Source of the DNA: Acidimicrobiales bacterium
GTDB lineage: Bacteria; Actinomycetota; Acidimicrobiia; Acidimicrobiales; JBBSGY01
Direction: 5' to 3'
Assembly: GCA_044220495.1 (NCBI GenBank)
Contig: JBGAQY010000010.1
Span: 8,126 to 72,125 of the forward strand
Length of the DNA: 64,000 nt
In this document: positions 1 to 9,299 of the stretch, one piece after another
Numbering within the stretch: position 1 is the stretch's first letter
Layout: each line of letters begins with the position of its first letter
Position numbers and translations under genes: made by a program
Notes under the pieces: model-generated
Told to the model about the DNA's origin: nothing
The model's input: the letters and a program-made list of their open reading frames with translations, nothing else
Databases searched by the model: none

Positions 1-40
1 GGCTGTCACACGAATTAGCGAGTTTGTTGAGTGATGCTGC

Positions 41-1456
41 TTGAATGATCTGCCTGTGACCGAGCCAACCCTGTTCGACGATTCCTTCAGCATCAGCCAA
101 CTCGTCATGCGGTCGAAGAACGCGTTGGCGCGTGAATTTCGCGGCCCGGTTTGGGTAAGGGGCGAGATCAAGTCGATGCGCGAGATGCGGGGCAGCCTTT
201 ATCTCGCGCTTGTTGATCCGGGCTCCTTTACCGACGGCACCGACATCAGTGTTGATGTTGCCTGCTGGCCGCGTCGGCGGGCACTCGTTCAATCGCAACT
301 TCGCGACGCCGGCATAACGCTGGCCGCCGGCATGGAAGTGCGCGTGCAGGGCAACGTGACGCTCAGCAAACTCGGCAAGCTTCAGGTTGAGTTGCTCGCG
401 CTCGACACCGAGGCTTTGTTGGGTCGGCAAGCCGCGGAAAAGAAGCGGTTGCTCGCCACACTCGTCGCTGAAGGGTTGTTTGACGCCAATCGATCACTCG
501 CCGTTCCGCTCGTGCCTTTGCGCGTGGGCCTGGTGTCGAGTGAGGGCAGCGAGGGCTACAACGACTTTCTTGGTCAGTTGAGTCGATCGCCCTACGCATT
601 CGATGTGACGTTTGCGCACTCGCCCGTGCAAGGCCCAACCGCTCCCAACTTGTTGGCTCGCGCCATTGCGAGCATCGCCGACGTCGATGTCATTGCGGTC
701 GTACGTGGTGGCGGTGGCGAGCTCGACGCCTTCGACAAAGAAGCTGTGGCTCGCGCGATTGCTGGCGCCCGTGCGCCAGTGTTTACGGGCATTGGTCACA
801 CGGGCGATCGTTCGGTAGCCGATGATGTCGCCGCCAGGGCCCACATCACTCCGACAGAGTGCGGGCAAGCATTGGTGCGCGCTGTTGGTGAGTTCGTTGC
901 CGGAGTCGACCGCAGAGTTGCTCAGCTGCATGCATTGACTTCACAACTGGTGACCAACGAGACCGCTCGTCATCAACACCTGCGCGCACGGCTGGCCTCA
1001 GCTGGCACGACTTCGCTCGATCGCTGTCAACACGAGCTTCATCGCCAAGGCGAACGTGCAATGCGCAGCACCGATCGCGATCTGTCGCTCGCGACAGCAA
1101 CATTGAATCGCACGCGCGACGAGATCACACGAACGGCGTCAACGGCACTGACTTCGGCTCAAGCTCGTGTGCTGCAGTTAGCAAAGGCAGCTTCTGGCGG
1201 GGCCGCTCGCCGACAGCAATCGCTCGAACAAGTCAGCAGGCTTTGGCATCAACAACTTTCGGTGTTTGATCCCCAACGTCAACTTCAACGCGGCTACAGC
1301 ATTGCCCGCAGCTCGTCAGGCGACTTGCTGCAAAGCGTCGAACAGGTAAGTGCCGGCGATACGATCGTCACGACCCTGGCAGACGGCGAAACTCACTCAA
1401 CCGTGAGCGAAACCAGGTCTGCCCGAAGTTCTACGCATCCTCAGGAGAGTTCATGA
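41..1456 (+). CDS. xseA: Exodeoxyribonuclease VII large subunit
   Basis: 471-aa ORF with an XseA-like N-terminus (SISQL..ALAREF..VWVRGEI) and a long helical C-terminal half. Its stop overlaps the xseB start by ATGA. Confidence 0.85.
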   Translation: MNDLPVTEPTLFDDSFSISQLVMRSKNALAREFRGPVWVRGEIKSMREMRGSLYLALVDPGSFTDGTDISVDVACWPRRRALVQSQLRDAGITLAAGMEVRVQGNVTLSKLGKLQVELLALDTEALLGRQAAEKKRLLATLVAEGLFDANRSLAVPLVPLRVGLVSSEGSEGYNDFLGQLSRSPYAFDVTFAHSPVQGPTAPNLLARAIASIADVDVIAVVRGGGGELDAFDKEAVARAIAGARAPVFTGIGHTGDRSVADDVAARAHITPTECGQALVRAVGEFVAGVDRRVAQLHALTSQLVTNETARHQHLRARLASAGTTSLDRCQHELHRQGERAMRSTDRDLSLATATLNRTRDEITRTASTALTSAQARVLQLAKAASGGAARRQQSLEQVSRLWHQQLSVFDPQRQLQRGYSIARSSSGDLLQSVEQVSAGDTIVTTLADGETHSTVSETRSARSSTHPQESS

Positions 1457-1710
1457 CCGAACAATCGCAACCCGTCAGCCCAACTGAGCTGTCATACGAA
1501 GAAGCGGTCGCCGAACTCGAATCAATCGTGCACGACCTCGACATTGGCGTTATCAATGTCGACACACTCAGCGACCAGTTCCAACGCGCCATCGATATCG
1601 TCGAAGAACTCGACAGTCGCATCAATCGCACTCGAGACAAGATCAACGCACTCACCCCAAGACTCCAAGCAATCAGCGAACCAACAGGTTCAGCCGAGTC
1701 AGGGGAGTAG
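1453..1710 (+). CDS. xseB: Exodeoxyribonuclease VII small subunit
   Basis: 85-aa ORF with the typical XseB helical hairpin (SYEEAVAELESIV..L). Translationally coupled to xseA. Confidence 0.85.
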   Translation: MTEQSQPVSPTELSYEEAVAELESIVHDLDIGVINVDTLSDQFQRAIDIVEELDSRINRTRDKINALTPRLQAISEPTGSAESGE

Positions 1711-1760
1711 TCGCCAGCCTCCCAATCGCATGCGCCGACGTCGGCTCGTCTGACCTTTGC

Positions 1761-1830
1761 CTTTCACCTACCCAAGAAGCCCAACAATCGGCGTTTCTGG
1801 GCCCTGTTTTGGGCTTCTTGGGTGGGTGAA
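1761..1830. repeat. Palindromic intergenic element, copy a (TTTCACCTAC...GTGGGTGAAA)
   Basis: The 23-nt arms 1761-1783 and 1808-1830 are reverse complements with a single T:G position. The termini are shared with 7 other copies in the window. Confidence 0.85.
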
Positions 1831-1843
1831 AGAGGGTTTCGTT

Positions 1844-1911
1844 CTTTCAACCGCGCGATATGACCAAACACGGGCATGTTGGTTGCTGTTTTTGGCTATA
1901 TCGCGTGGTTG
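1844..1911. repeat. Palindromic intergenic element, copy b
   Basis: TTTCAACCGCGCGATATGACCAAA ... TTTGGCTATATCGCGTGGTTGA. Same family as the copies at 20988 and 54686, and directly adjacent to copy a. Confidence 0.8.
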
Positions 1912-1914
1912 ACA

Positions 1915-2038
1915 CGGCTCGCCCAGCGCCGTGGGCACCAGCTAGGTAAGTGAGCGAGAGTTTCGTGGCGGCTTGCCCAGCGCCGTGGGTACCAGTTGGT
2001 TAAGTAGACGAGTGGCTCGCCCAGCGCCGTGAGCACCA
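1915..2038. repeat. Three tandem copies of a 26-nt core GGCT(C/T)GCCCAGCGCCGTG(G/A)G(C/T)ACCAG
   Basis: Cores lie at 1915-1940, 1969-1994 and 2013-2038, separated by related spacers (..GGTAAGTGAGCGAG.. and ..GGTTAAGTAGACGAG..). Confidence 0.8.
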
Positions 2039-2058
2039 GCCCGCGATGACCGGTGGAG

Positions 2059-2301
2059 CTAGTCCTTCTCGATGAAGATGCACTCGCCAGGACACTCTTC
2101 GGCCGCCTCGATGACTGAGTCTTCGAGATCGGTCGGAACGGCAGCGAGACCAGCCGAGCCGCCAGGGTCGCTATAGACCTTGTCGGTGTCTTTCACGTAG
2201 GCGAGACCGTCGTCAAGCAGGGTGAACACGGCAGGAGCTATCTCTTCACAGAGACCATCACCGGTACACAGGTCTTGATCGATCCATACTTTCATCGCCA
2301 T
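2059..2301 (-). CDS. Small ferredoxin (single-cluster actinobacterial type)
   Basis: 80-aa ORF with motifs CTGDGLC ... ECPGECI, typical of 3Fe-4S/4Fe-4S ferredoxins. Confidence 0.8.
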   Translation of the reverse strand: MAMKVWIDQDLCTGDGLCEEIAPAVFTLLDDGLAYVKDTDKVYSDPGGSAGLAAVPTDLEDSVIEAAEECPGECIFIEKD

Positions 2302-2471
2302 TACGCGCCTTCACCTTCTTTCGCTTCCGCGATTTGTTCGGCTTCCCTTATGACTATACCGGCGCTCGGTCGGTTACCTGGTCAACCAAGAAAGCCAAAA
2401 GTTGGCAGCGAACAGGACGAACTTCCGTTCCTAACGACGGCTCCGGTGTTAAGTTCACCCCAAACAAGGGG

Positions 2472-4253
2472 GTGATTCCGCTGGCCGAGGCAGAGTCCAC
2501 ACGACGCTTGAACGAATACGAGAAAGAAGTCTCCGAACTTCGCGAACAAGCCAAAGTGCTTGAAGAGGAAGTCACGGGTCTTCGCCGTCGCGTCCAAGAC
2601 GCCCCCAAACGAGTCCGCACACTTGAAGAGAAGCTGCTCGAAACCAAGGGCCAGCTCGCCCAAGCGATCTCGCAAAACGAAAAGCTCACCTACACACTTC
2701 GCGAGGCGCGTGAGCACATCGCCGCTCTCCGCGACGAAGTCGACAAACTCACACAGCCTCCATCTGCCTACGGAACCTTCCTGAACAAGAATGACGACGG
2801 CACGGTCGACGTCTTGTCGGCGGGGCGCAAGATGCGAGTCGCCCTTCACCCCGAGCTCGAAAAAGACGAGCTGAGTCGCGGTGATGAAGTTGCCCTCAAC
2901 GAATCACTCAACGTCGTTCTTGCTCGCGCCGGTGAACGTCAGGGTGAAGTCGTTACCCTCAAAGAAGTTCTCGACGATGAGCGTCGCGCCATGGTTGTTG
3001 GTCGCGCTGATGAAGAGCGTGTTGTCGAGCTCGCCGAAAGCCTTATCGGCGTGAAGCTGCGCGCCGGCGACTCGTTGTTGATGGATCCTCGTTCCGGTCT
3101 TCTGCTCGAAAAGCTTCCACGTGCCGAAGTCGAGACATTGCTGCTCGAAGAAGTGCCCGACATTTCTTATGCAGATGTCGGCGGCCTCGACGACCAGATC
3201 GAAGCCATCACCGACGCAGTCGAGCTGCCGTTCTTGCACCGCGACTTGTTCAACGAATACAAGCTGCCAGCACCGAAAGGCATCTTGCTTTATGGCCCTC
3301 CCGGCTGTGGCAAGACCCTCATCGCCAAAGCAGTCGCCAACTCGCTCGCCAAAAAGGTCGGTGAGGTCAGCGGCGACAAGCAAGCACGTGCGTATTTCAT
3401 CAATATCAAGGGTCCGGAACTACTCAACAAGTATGTCGGTGAGACCGAACGGCAGATCCGCCTCGTCTTCGAACGCGCGCGCGAAAAGGCCGAAGAGGGC
3501 ATGCCTGTCATCGTCTTCTTCGACGAGATGGATTCGTTGTTCCGCACGCGTGGCACGGGTATTAGCTCTGACATGGAATCGACAATCGTTCCGCAGTTGC
3601 TTGCCGAGATCGACGGCGTCGAAGCGTTGCGCAACGTCATTGTCATTGGCGCATCGAATCGTGAAGACTTGATCGACCCCGCCATCCTTCGCCCCGGCCG
3701 CCTCGACGTGAAGATCAAGGTCGAACGTCCTGACGCGCCGGCCGCCGAGCAGATCTTCAGCCGTTACCTCACACCTGAATTGCCCATCGACGTGGCCGAG
3801 GTCAAGAAGTACGGCAAGGGCGACGCCAATAAGGCGTGCAAGGCAATCATCGAGAAGACCGTCGAAGCCATGTATGACACCGGCGATCAAAACCGCTTCA
3901 TCGAAGTCACCTATCAAAACGGCGATAAAGAAGTCATGTACTTCAAAGACTTCAGTTCTGGCGCCATGATCGAGAACATCGTCGCCAAGGCAAAGAAGTT
4001 TGGTGTGAAGCGCGAGATTTCGGGCGACGGCAAAGGCATCAAGCTCGATCACATGCTGCAGGCCGTGCGCGACGAGTTCCGTGAAAACGAAGACCTTCCG
4101 AACTCCACAAATCCTGACGACTGGGCCAAGATCTCGGGCAAGAAGGGCGAGCGCATCGTGTTCTTGCGAGTTCTCGTTCCGAAGGAAGACGACGAGGGCG
4201 AAGAATCCGGCGGCCGCGCTATCGAACGCGTCACCACCGGTCAGTACCTGTAG
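2472..4253 (+). CDS. arc: Proteasome-associated AAA ATPase Mpa/ARC
   Basis: N-terminal coiled coil, then QPPSAYG and OB-like regions. Walker A GPPGCGKT and Walker [10 protein letters not shown] are present, and the C-terminus ends GQYL. The ORF is open from TTG 2334. GTG 2472 is preferred because it gives a Mycobacterium-like length and leaves a divergent promoter gap, but the start is uncertain. Confidence 0.9.
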   Translation: MIPLAEAESTRRLNEYEKEVSELREQAKVLEEEVTGLRRRVQDAPKRVRTLEEKLLETKGQLAQAISQNEKLTYTLREAREHIAALRDEVDKLTQPPSAYGTFLNKNDDGTVDVLSAGRKMRVALHPELEKDELSRGDEVALNESLNVVLARAGERQGEVVTLKEVLDDERRAMVVGRADEERVVELAESLIGVKLRAGDSLLMDPRSGLLLEKLPRAEVETLLLEEVPDISYADVGGLDDQIEAITDAVELPFLHRDLFNEYKLPAPKGILLYGPPGCGKTLIAKAVANSLAKKVGEVSGDKQARAYFINIKGPELLNKYVGETERQIRLVFERAREKAEEGMPVIVFFDEMDSLFRTRGTGISSDMESTIVPQLLAEIDGVEALRNVIVIGASNREDLIDPAILRPGRLDVKIKVERPDAPAAEQIFSRYLTPELPIDVAEVKKYGKGDANKACKAIIEKTVEAMYDTGDQNRFIEVTYQNGDKEVMYFKDFSSGAMIENIVAKAKKFGVKREISGDGKGIKLDHMLQAVRDEFRENEDLPNSTNPDDWAKISGKKGERIVFLRVLVPKEDDEGEESGGRAIERVTTGQYL

Positions 4254-4307
4254 CTCTCGCCGCAAGCTCGCTACCTAGCCGAGCATCAGCGCGCTTCGGC
4301 CCACGGG

Positions 4308-4381
4308 CTTTCGCCTGCGCGATACGACCGAAACCACCAGCGCCACAGTGCCTCTTTTTGGACATATTGCGTAGGTGAAAG
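4308..4381. repeat. Palindromic intergenic element, copy c
   Basis: CTTTCGCCTGCGCGATACGACCGAAA ... TTTGGACATATTGCGTAGGTGAAAG. Several arm differences are G:T-compatible. Confidence 0.7.
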
Positions 4382-4459
4382 TTCGGCCGTAGGCGTGAAC
4401 TCGTTTTGGTTTCGGTCGATAGCCTCGGCGATCCTTTTGCACCGCTACCAGGAGCATTC

Positions 4460-6469
4460 ATGGGAATTCTCACCATTTCGCACGACGAAAACGGCACGAT
4501 CATCGAGGGCACCACCCGCAGCCTTGATGATCGTGGACTCGGCGAGGTGTTTCGTCCGCACGGCTTTGCATTTGATGAACAACGCAAAACATGGGTTCTG
4601 AGAGACAGCGTTGGTATTGAATTTCGACCCGAGCCCGTCGACCGCGTCATCGCCGCCCTCGAGCGAGTCAACCGCACTGCCGTCGTCGGCGACACGAACA
4701 ACGACAATTGCAACCCCGTGCCTGACGCAATACGCGAACGCGAGCAACGACTCCAACAGTTCTACGGCGGTGAACCTGCTGACGAAGTTGCTTTTAACAA
4801 GCATCGACTTGAATACATCGTTGAAAAGCTCGGCACCGCTCGCACGCGATTCGAAAAGGCCTGCCATGCTGCAATAAGTGACGTGCCGTCAGTCGACAGC
4901 ACTGCCCTCATTGACGGTGCCAGCGTTGTCGAGCGCCTAAGACTTGGAGCACACGTGAGTGTTGCTGGCCCGACTGGCGATCCACTGCCGCCGGTGTTCG
5001 TGCGATTTCGTGAACGCGATCGTGTCGAGATTGGCGAGGCTTGGCAGACGAAGTTCACGCTGGCGCTGCACGACGCTGACTTGTTTGAAGTTGTCTGCCC
5101 CGACTCGTTCCGCTATCTGGGCAACAAGAAACCGTCGCCGCCCATCACTTTCGTCGGGGAAGGCATCGAGTACAGCCCGCTTGCCTTAACCGAGGCGCGC
5201 GACGAACTCGAGCAGTGGCAGGCCGAACTCGTCTACGGCTTCACTATTCGCGGCTTCAAATTGTGGGGGAGTGACCACTTCAAAGACGGAGATGTCGTAT
5301 CGAAGACCGGAACCAGCGGCGTGTTGGTAGCGAGTGAAGGATCGATCAGAACCGACGGCCTGCGTCCTAAGAAGATCGTCGCCGGTAAAACGGGGATGCG
5401 CGTCGGGGGCTTCATCAGCACCACGCCCTGGCCTTACAAGAGCGTTGATTCGCTCAAGCGCAATGACCCCACGACCGGCGGCTCGATCGTGATGGTCGAA
5501 CCGCCCAGCCTCCCGAAGTGGATTAAAGAACTCGTCAATCGACACTGGCGACGCAACGGGTATGACGGATTTTCATTTGATGGCATCGCTGCGTCAAGAG
5601 CGCCAATCGCGATCGATAAGCCGGCCATCCCCAATCTGCAGGCAAAAACACCTCCCAAGAAGGTGGTCGAAGAGGTTCCGTCGTTTGGGCTTTTTGATCC
5701 TGAACCAGTTGCGGTAACCCCCGAACCCGAGGCGCCGACACCAACGCCCGCGCCTGCTGTCGCGACCACCGACGCAGCCAGCGTTGAGAGCCGACTCAAA
5801 GAGGCGCGTCTGCAGCTTGGTGACTTCATGATCACGATGGCCGCACAACTACGGGCCAGTGGCAACGAACGCGGCGCTGATGACTTTCTTCCGCTCATCG
5901 GAACGACTGAGAATCTGCGCAACCTTTTGCGCAGCGGCAAGCAAGTCCGCGTGTTTGTTCCTTCGCAGGGCAGCAGTGACGCCATAGATCACGGCACGCG
6001 CATCATCGGCGCAGTTACTCCAACAGAGTTCACAATTGTTAACGGGCGCCGTCCTCTCAAATTCAGCATTCCGCTCGACAGCGATCGGTTGTTGCTCGAA
6101 GGCCCTGACACGATCACCTTGCGTAACGCCGGGCGCGACGTGACGCTCACGTTGATCAGACCCGATGCGCTGCTCACAACAGAAGATCGCGAGCAGCTCG
6201 ATACGTTGCGCAGCGAGGTGCGCTCACTCGAAGCGACAATCGTCACAATGATCGACAACGGAGAGTTCGTGCCGAGCGATCCGGCCGAAATGCAGCCGCT
6301 CGTCGACCGTCATCGCTTGATACGCGAGCCCGCCCCGGTTGTGGCTGTCGTCGCGGCGACAGACGCGACCGAACTGGTTGCCACAGATGCGTCGAGCCCA
6401 GCGGCAACGCCCAGGCCAAGCGGGATTTCCGACAGACAAACATACCCACGCGTCGCATCGGCCAACTAG
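4460..6469 (+). CDS. Uncharacterised 669-aa protein with a DUF3560-like N-terminus
   Basis: ATG 4460 is preceded by AGGAG with about 5-nt spacing. The N-terminus MGILTISHDENGTIIEGTTRS resembles the DUF3560 opening (ITITHT..EGTL.EGTSRGDG). A Pro/Thr/Ala linker is encoded at about 5696-5780. The rest is not recognised. The stop lies 10 nt before the dop start. Confidence 0.6.
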   Translation: MGILTISHDENGTIIEGTTRSLDDRGLGEVFRPHGFAFDEQRKTWVLRDSVGIEFRPEPVDRVIAALERVNRTAVVGDTNNDNCNPVPDAIREREQRLQQFYGGEPADEVAFNKHRLEYIVEKLGTARTRFEKACHAAISDVPSVDSTALIDGASVVERLRLGAHVSVAGPTGDPLPPVFVRFRERDRVEIGEAWQTKFTLALHDADLFEVVCPDSFRYLGNKKPSPPITFVGEGIEYSPLALTEARDELEQWQAELVYGFTIRGFKLWGSDHFKDGDVVSKTGTSGVLVASEGSIRTDGLRPKKIVAGKTGMRVGGFISTTPWPYKSVDSLKRNDPTTGGSIVMVEPPSLPKWIKELVNRHWRRNGYDGFSFDGIAASRAPIAIDKPAIPNLQAKTPPKKVVEEVPSFGLFDPEPVAVTPEPEAPTPTPAPAVATTDAASVESRLKEARLQLGDFMITMAAQLRASGNERGADDFLPLIGTTENLRNLLRSGKQVRVFVPSQGSSDAIDHGTRIIGAVTPTEFTIVNGRRPLKFSIPLDSDRLLLEGPDTITLRNAGRDVTLTLIRPDALLTTEDREQLDTLRSEVRSLEATIVTMIDNGEFVPSDPAEMQPLVDRHRLIREPAPVVAVVAATDATELVATDASSPAATPRPSGISDRQTYPRVASAN

Positions 6470-6479
6470 GGTCGATGGC

Positions 6480-7970
6480 GTGGCCATTCGCAAGATCTGC
6501 GGTATCGAAACCGAGTACGGCATTGTCCAGCGGGGCGCGGGCGAGTCAAACCCCATCACAGCGTCGTCGGTGCTCATCAATGCCTACGTTGCTTCGCTCG
6601 CGCGTCGAGTCGCGTGGGACTTTGAAGACGAATCGCCCGGCAACGACGCTCGTGGTTTTGCTCGAGAGGGTGCGTTGCCGCCCGAGATCGAAACACACCT
6701 AGTCAATGCAGTTCTCACAAACGGCGCGCGCTATTACGTCGACCACGCGCACCCCGAATACTCCAGCCCCGAGTGCGGCAATGCGTTAGAGGCGGTGCTT
6801 TACGACCGCGCTGGCGAACAAATTCTCATCGAGTCGATGGATGCTGCGTCAAAATCCATGCCCGGTGCCGAACACATCGTTGTTTACAAGAACAACAGTG
6901 ATGGCAAAGGCAACTCATACGGCACGCACGAAAACTATTTGATGGACCGCGACATTCCGTTCAATCGAATCGTGCAACACGTCATGCCGCACTTCGTCAC
7001 GCGTCAGATCTATACGGGCGCCGGCAAGGTCGGCACCGAAGCTGACACCGGCAAACAAGAGGTTCCGTTTCAGCTGACGGCGCGCGCTGATTTCTTCGAA
7101 GAAGAAGTCGGCCTTGAGACAACGCTAAAGCGCCCAATTATCAATACGCGCGATGAGCCGCACGGCGACGCTCGCAAATACCGCCGTCTGCACGTGATTG
7201 TCGGTGACGCCAACATGAGCGAAGTGTCGACGTTCTTGAAGCTCGGCACAACAACGTTCGTGCTGGCGATGATCGAAGATGACCGCTTGAGTGATCTCGA
7301 CTTTGCGATGGTTGCGCCCGTGAGTGAAATCCGCCAGATCAGCTACGACTTGACACTGTCTAGGCAGATTCAACTTCGCAACGGCAAACAGTTGACTGCA
7401 CTTGAAATGCAGTGGGAATACTTCGATCGTGCTCGCAAATACGCAGATGACATCGGCCTTGAATGTATTGGTGACGAAGAAGTCGGTAAACAAATTCTCA
7501 CCCGGTGGGAGCAAGTTCTGATCGGTCTCGAATCAGATCCCATGACACTTGCTAATCAGCTCGACTGGGTGGCCAAGTATCAACTGCTTGATGCCTATCG
7601 TGAACGCCATGGCCTTGATTGGAAGAACGCCAAGCTTGCTGCGATGGACTTGCAGTACCACGACATCCGTCCAGAAAAGTCGCTGTTTGCACGACTGCCA
7701 ATCGAGAAACTCGTGACGCCGGCTGCCGTTGTCGCAGCAGTTAGCGAGCCTCCGCGTGACACAAGAGCGTATTTTCGAGGAAAATGTTTACAGAAATGGG
7801 GAAACTCCATTGCTGCTGCGAACTGGGACTCCATAGTTTTCGATCTAGGTACAGACCCGCTTCGCAGAATTCCAATGATGGATCCCTTAAGAGGAACAGC
7901 CGATGGTGTCGATGCACTAATCGAGCGATGCGATACACCTGCTCAGTTGATCGAACAGCTGGGCGCATAG
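6480..7970 (+). CDS. dop: Pup deamidase/depupylase Dop
   Basis: Opening (I)CGIETEYGI, then YVDHAHPEYSSPEC and GNSYGTHENYL (carboxylate-amine ligase fold). Located immediately upstream of pup. GTG 6480 is chosen; the ORF-track start at 6339 would overlap the upstream gene by 130 nt. Confidence 0.9.
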   Translation: MAIRKICGIETEYGIVQRGAGESNPITASSVLINAYVASLARRVAWDFEDESPGNDARGFAREGALPPEIETHLVNAVLTNGARYYVDHAHPEYSSPECGNALEAVLYDRAGEQILIESMDAASKSMPGAEHIVVYKNNSDGKGNSYGTHENYLMDRDIPFNRIVQHVMPHFVTRQIYTGAGKVGTEADTGKQEVPFQLTARADFFEEEVGLETTLKRPIINTRDEPHGDARKYRRLHVIVGDANMSEVSTFLKLGTTTFVLAMIEDDRLSDLDFAMVAPVSEIRQISYDLTLSRQIQLRNGKQLTALEMQWEYFDRARKYADDIGLECIGDEEVGKQILTRWEQVLIGLESDPMTLANQLDWVAKYQLLDAYRERHGLDWKNAKLAAMDLQYHDIRPEKSLFARLPIEKLVTPAAVVAAVSEPPRDTRAYFRGKCLQKWGNSIAAANWDSIVFDLGTDPLRRIPMMDPLRGTADGVDALIERCDTPAQLIEQLGA

Positions 7971-7982
7971 GAGAACGAACCA

Positions 7983-8180
7983 ATGGCTGAACGAGAACAA
8001 ATCAAGAAGTCATCTTCCAAGAAGGGCGAGACCGAAGTTGAAGACGTCGCGCCTGCGTCCACCGAGAAGGGCGAAAAGCTCAAAGAAGAAATGGACGACC
8101 TGCTCGACGAGATCGACGAAGTGCTCGAGGTGAATGCCGAAGAGTTCGTCAAGTCCTACGTGCAAAAGGGCGGACAGTAG
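7983..8180 (+). CDS. pup: Prokaryotic ubiquitin-like protein Pup
   Basis: 65-aa acidic, disordered ORF with helical DDLLDEIDEVLE and a C-terminal GGQ. RBS GGAGAA lies upstream. Confidence 0.95.
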   Translation: MAEREQIKKSSSKKGETEVEDVAPASTEKGEKLKEEMDDLLDEIDEVLEVNAEEFVKSYVQKGGQ

Positions 8181-8189
8181 AGTCGTGCT

Positions 8190-9272
8190 GTGCACGTCTC
8201 TATTTGCCACCCAAAAGAGCTAGGGCCGGCAGAGCGAGCCTCTTGGTCTGCATTTCAGGCCGACAGCGACCAGCTTGATAGTGCGTTTCTGAGCTACGAA
8301 TTTGCTGAGGTTGTTGGCCGTCACAACGACAACGCGCGCGTGGCCGTTATCGCTGACGGCGCGCAAACAGTCGGCTTCTTTGCTTACGAACTTGAGGGCG
8401 GGCGACTGGCTCGGCCAATCGGCGCAGGGTTCTCTGACGTGCAAGGCGTCGTGCACAGTCAGGCGTTCCAACTCAACCTGCGTGAACTCTTGAACGCATG
8501 CAACATTGCGATGTTTGAGTTTGATCACCTGATAACCACTCAAGCAACGCAACCTGGCGTGCATGCGCGCAACCATGATTCGCCGGTGCTCGATGTTACG
8601 GGCGGTTACGACGCCTACATGGAGCGCGACGATCGCGTTAACCGTAAGTCGGTCAAGGGTTTCATGCGCAAGCAGCGCAATCTCGAACGCGACAACGGTC
8701 AATGCTCGCTCGAATTCGACAGTCACGATGGTGACGCGCTGCAACAAGTAATGGCGTGGAAGTCTGACCAATATCGCCGCACGGGCTTTGCTGACATCTT
8801 CGCCAAGCCCGAGATGCGCGCCGTTGTTGAAGACCTCGCGTTAGTCGAATCACCAGACTTGACAGGTCGGCTCTCGGTGTTGAAAACCGGCGACCAACAA
8901 ATTGCTATTCACTTCGGCCTTCAGTCGCGTCGCACACTGGCGTTGTGGTTTCCGGCCTATGACCCGCAATTCGGCAAATACTCGCCGGGCATCACCTTGC
9001 TGCTCGAGATAGCGAAGGCGTCAACTGACTACGGCTTCAGATACATGGACCTCGGCAAGGGTGACGAGAGCTACAAGCAGTCGTTCAAGAGTTTCGATCA
9101 TTCAGTATCCAGCGGGTGGATCGGTGGTTTAAACGCCACAACGGTTTTGCGACGCGCCCGCAAAGCGCCCGTCGAGCGCGCCGAGCAGTTCGTTCTCGAC
9201 AACCCCAAGTTGCGCGCCGCGGCGCGCAAGACGCTCCGCACTGTCGGCAAAATTCGCCAACGCAACAAGTGA
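8190..9272 (+). CDS. CelD/BioF2-like GNAT-fold acyltransferase (Acetyltransf_6-like)
   Basis: 360 aa. The C-terminal half (WFPAYDPQFGKYSPGITLLLEIAK..GFRYMDLGKGDESYKQSF) matches my recollection of the CelD/FemAB-related GNAT signature (ydp...k.sPG..L....i......G...fDfg.G.e.YK). Confidence 0.65.
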   Translation: MHVSICHPKELGPAERASWSAFQADSDQLDSAFLSYEFAEVVGRHNDNARVAVIADGAQTVGFFAYELEGGRLARPIGAGFSDVQGVVHSQAFQLNLRELLNACNIAMFEFDHLITTQATQPGVHARNHDSPVLDVTGGYDAYMERDDRVNRKSVKGFMRKQRNLERDNGQCSLEFDSHDGDALQQVMAWKSDQYRRTGFADIFAKPEMRAVVEDLALVESPDLTGRLSVLKTGDQQIAIHFGLQSRRTLALWFPAYDPQFGKYSPGITLLLEIAKASTDYGFRYMDLGKGDESYKQSFKSFDHSVSSGWIGGLNATTVLRRARKAPVERAEQFVLDNPKLRAAARKTLRTVGKIRQRNK

Positions 9273-9299
9273 CATGACAACGATCGTTGGCTCAGCAAG

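Noticed and set aside
3420-4265. 281-aa antisense ORF inside arc. Similar long antisense or out-of-frame ORFs occur at 16883-17584, 19569-20411, 19918-20682, 21293-22090, 38229-38954, 46836-47423 and 56749-57474.
   Set aside because: Each lies entirely within a well-supported conserved gene on the opposite strand or in another frame. All have Arg/Ala/Ser/Pro-biased, low-information translations typical of shadow ORFs in high-GC DNA.
6339-6479. Upstream extension of dop offered by the ORF track (start 6339). Similar extensions are offered for helY (22154), the zinc-ribbon gene (18313), the MerR gene (42371) and the small TM ORF (54104).
   Set aside because: The extensions overlap the preceding gene or repeat DNA and encode Arg/His/Cys-rich nonsense. 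Conserved N-terminal motifs begin at the downstream starts.
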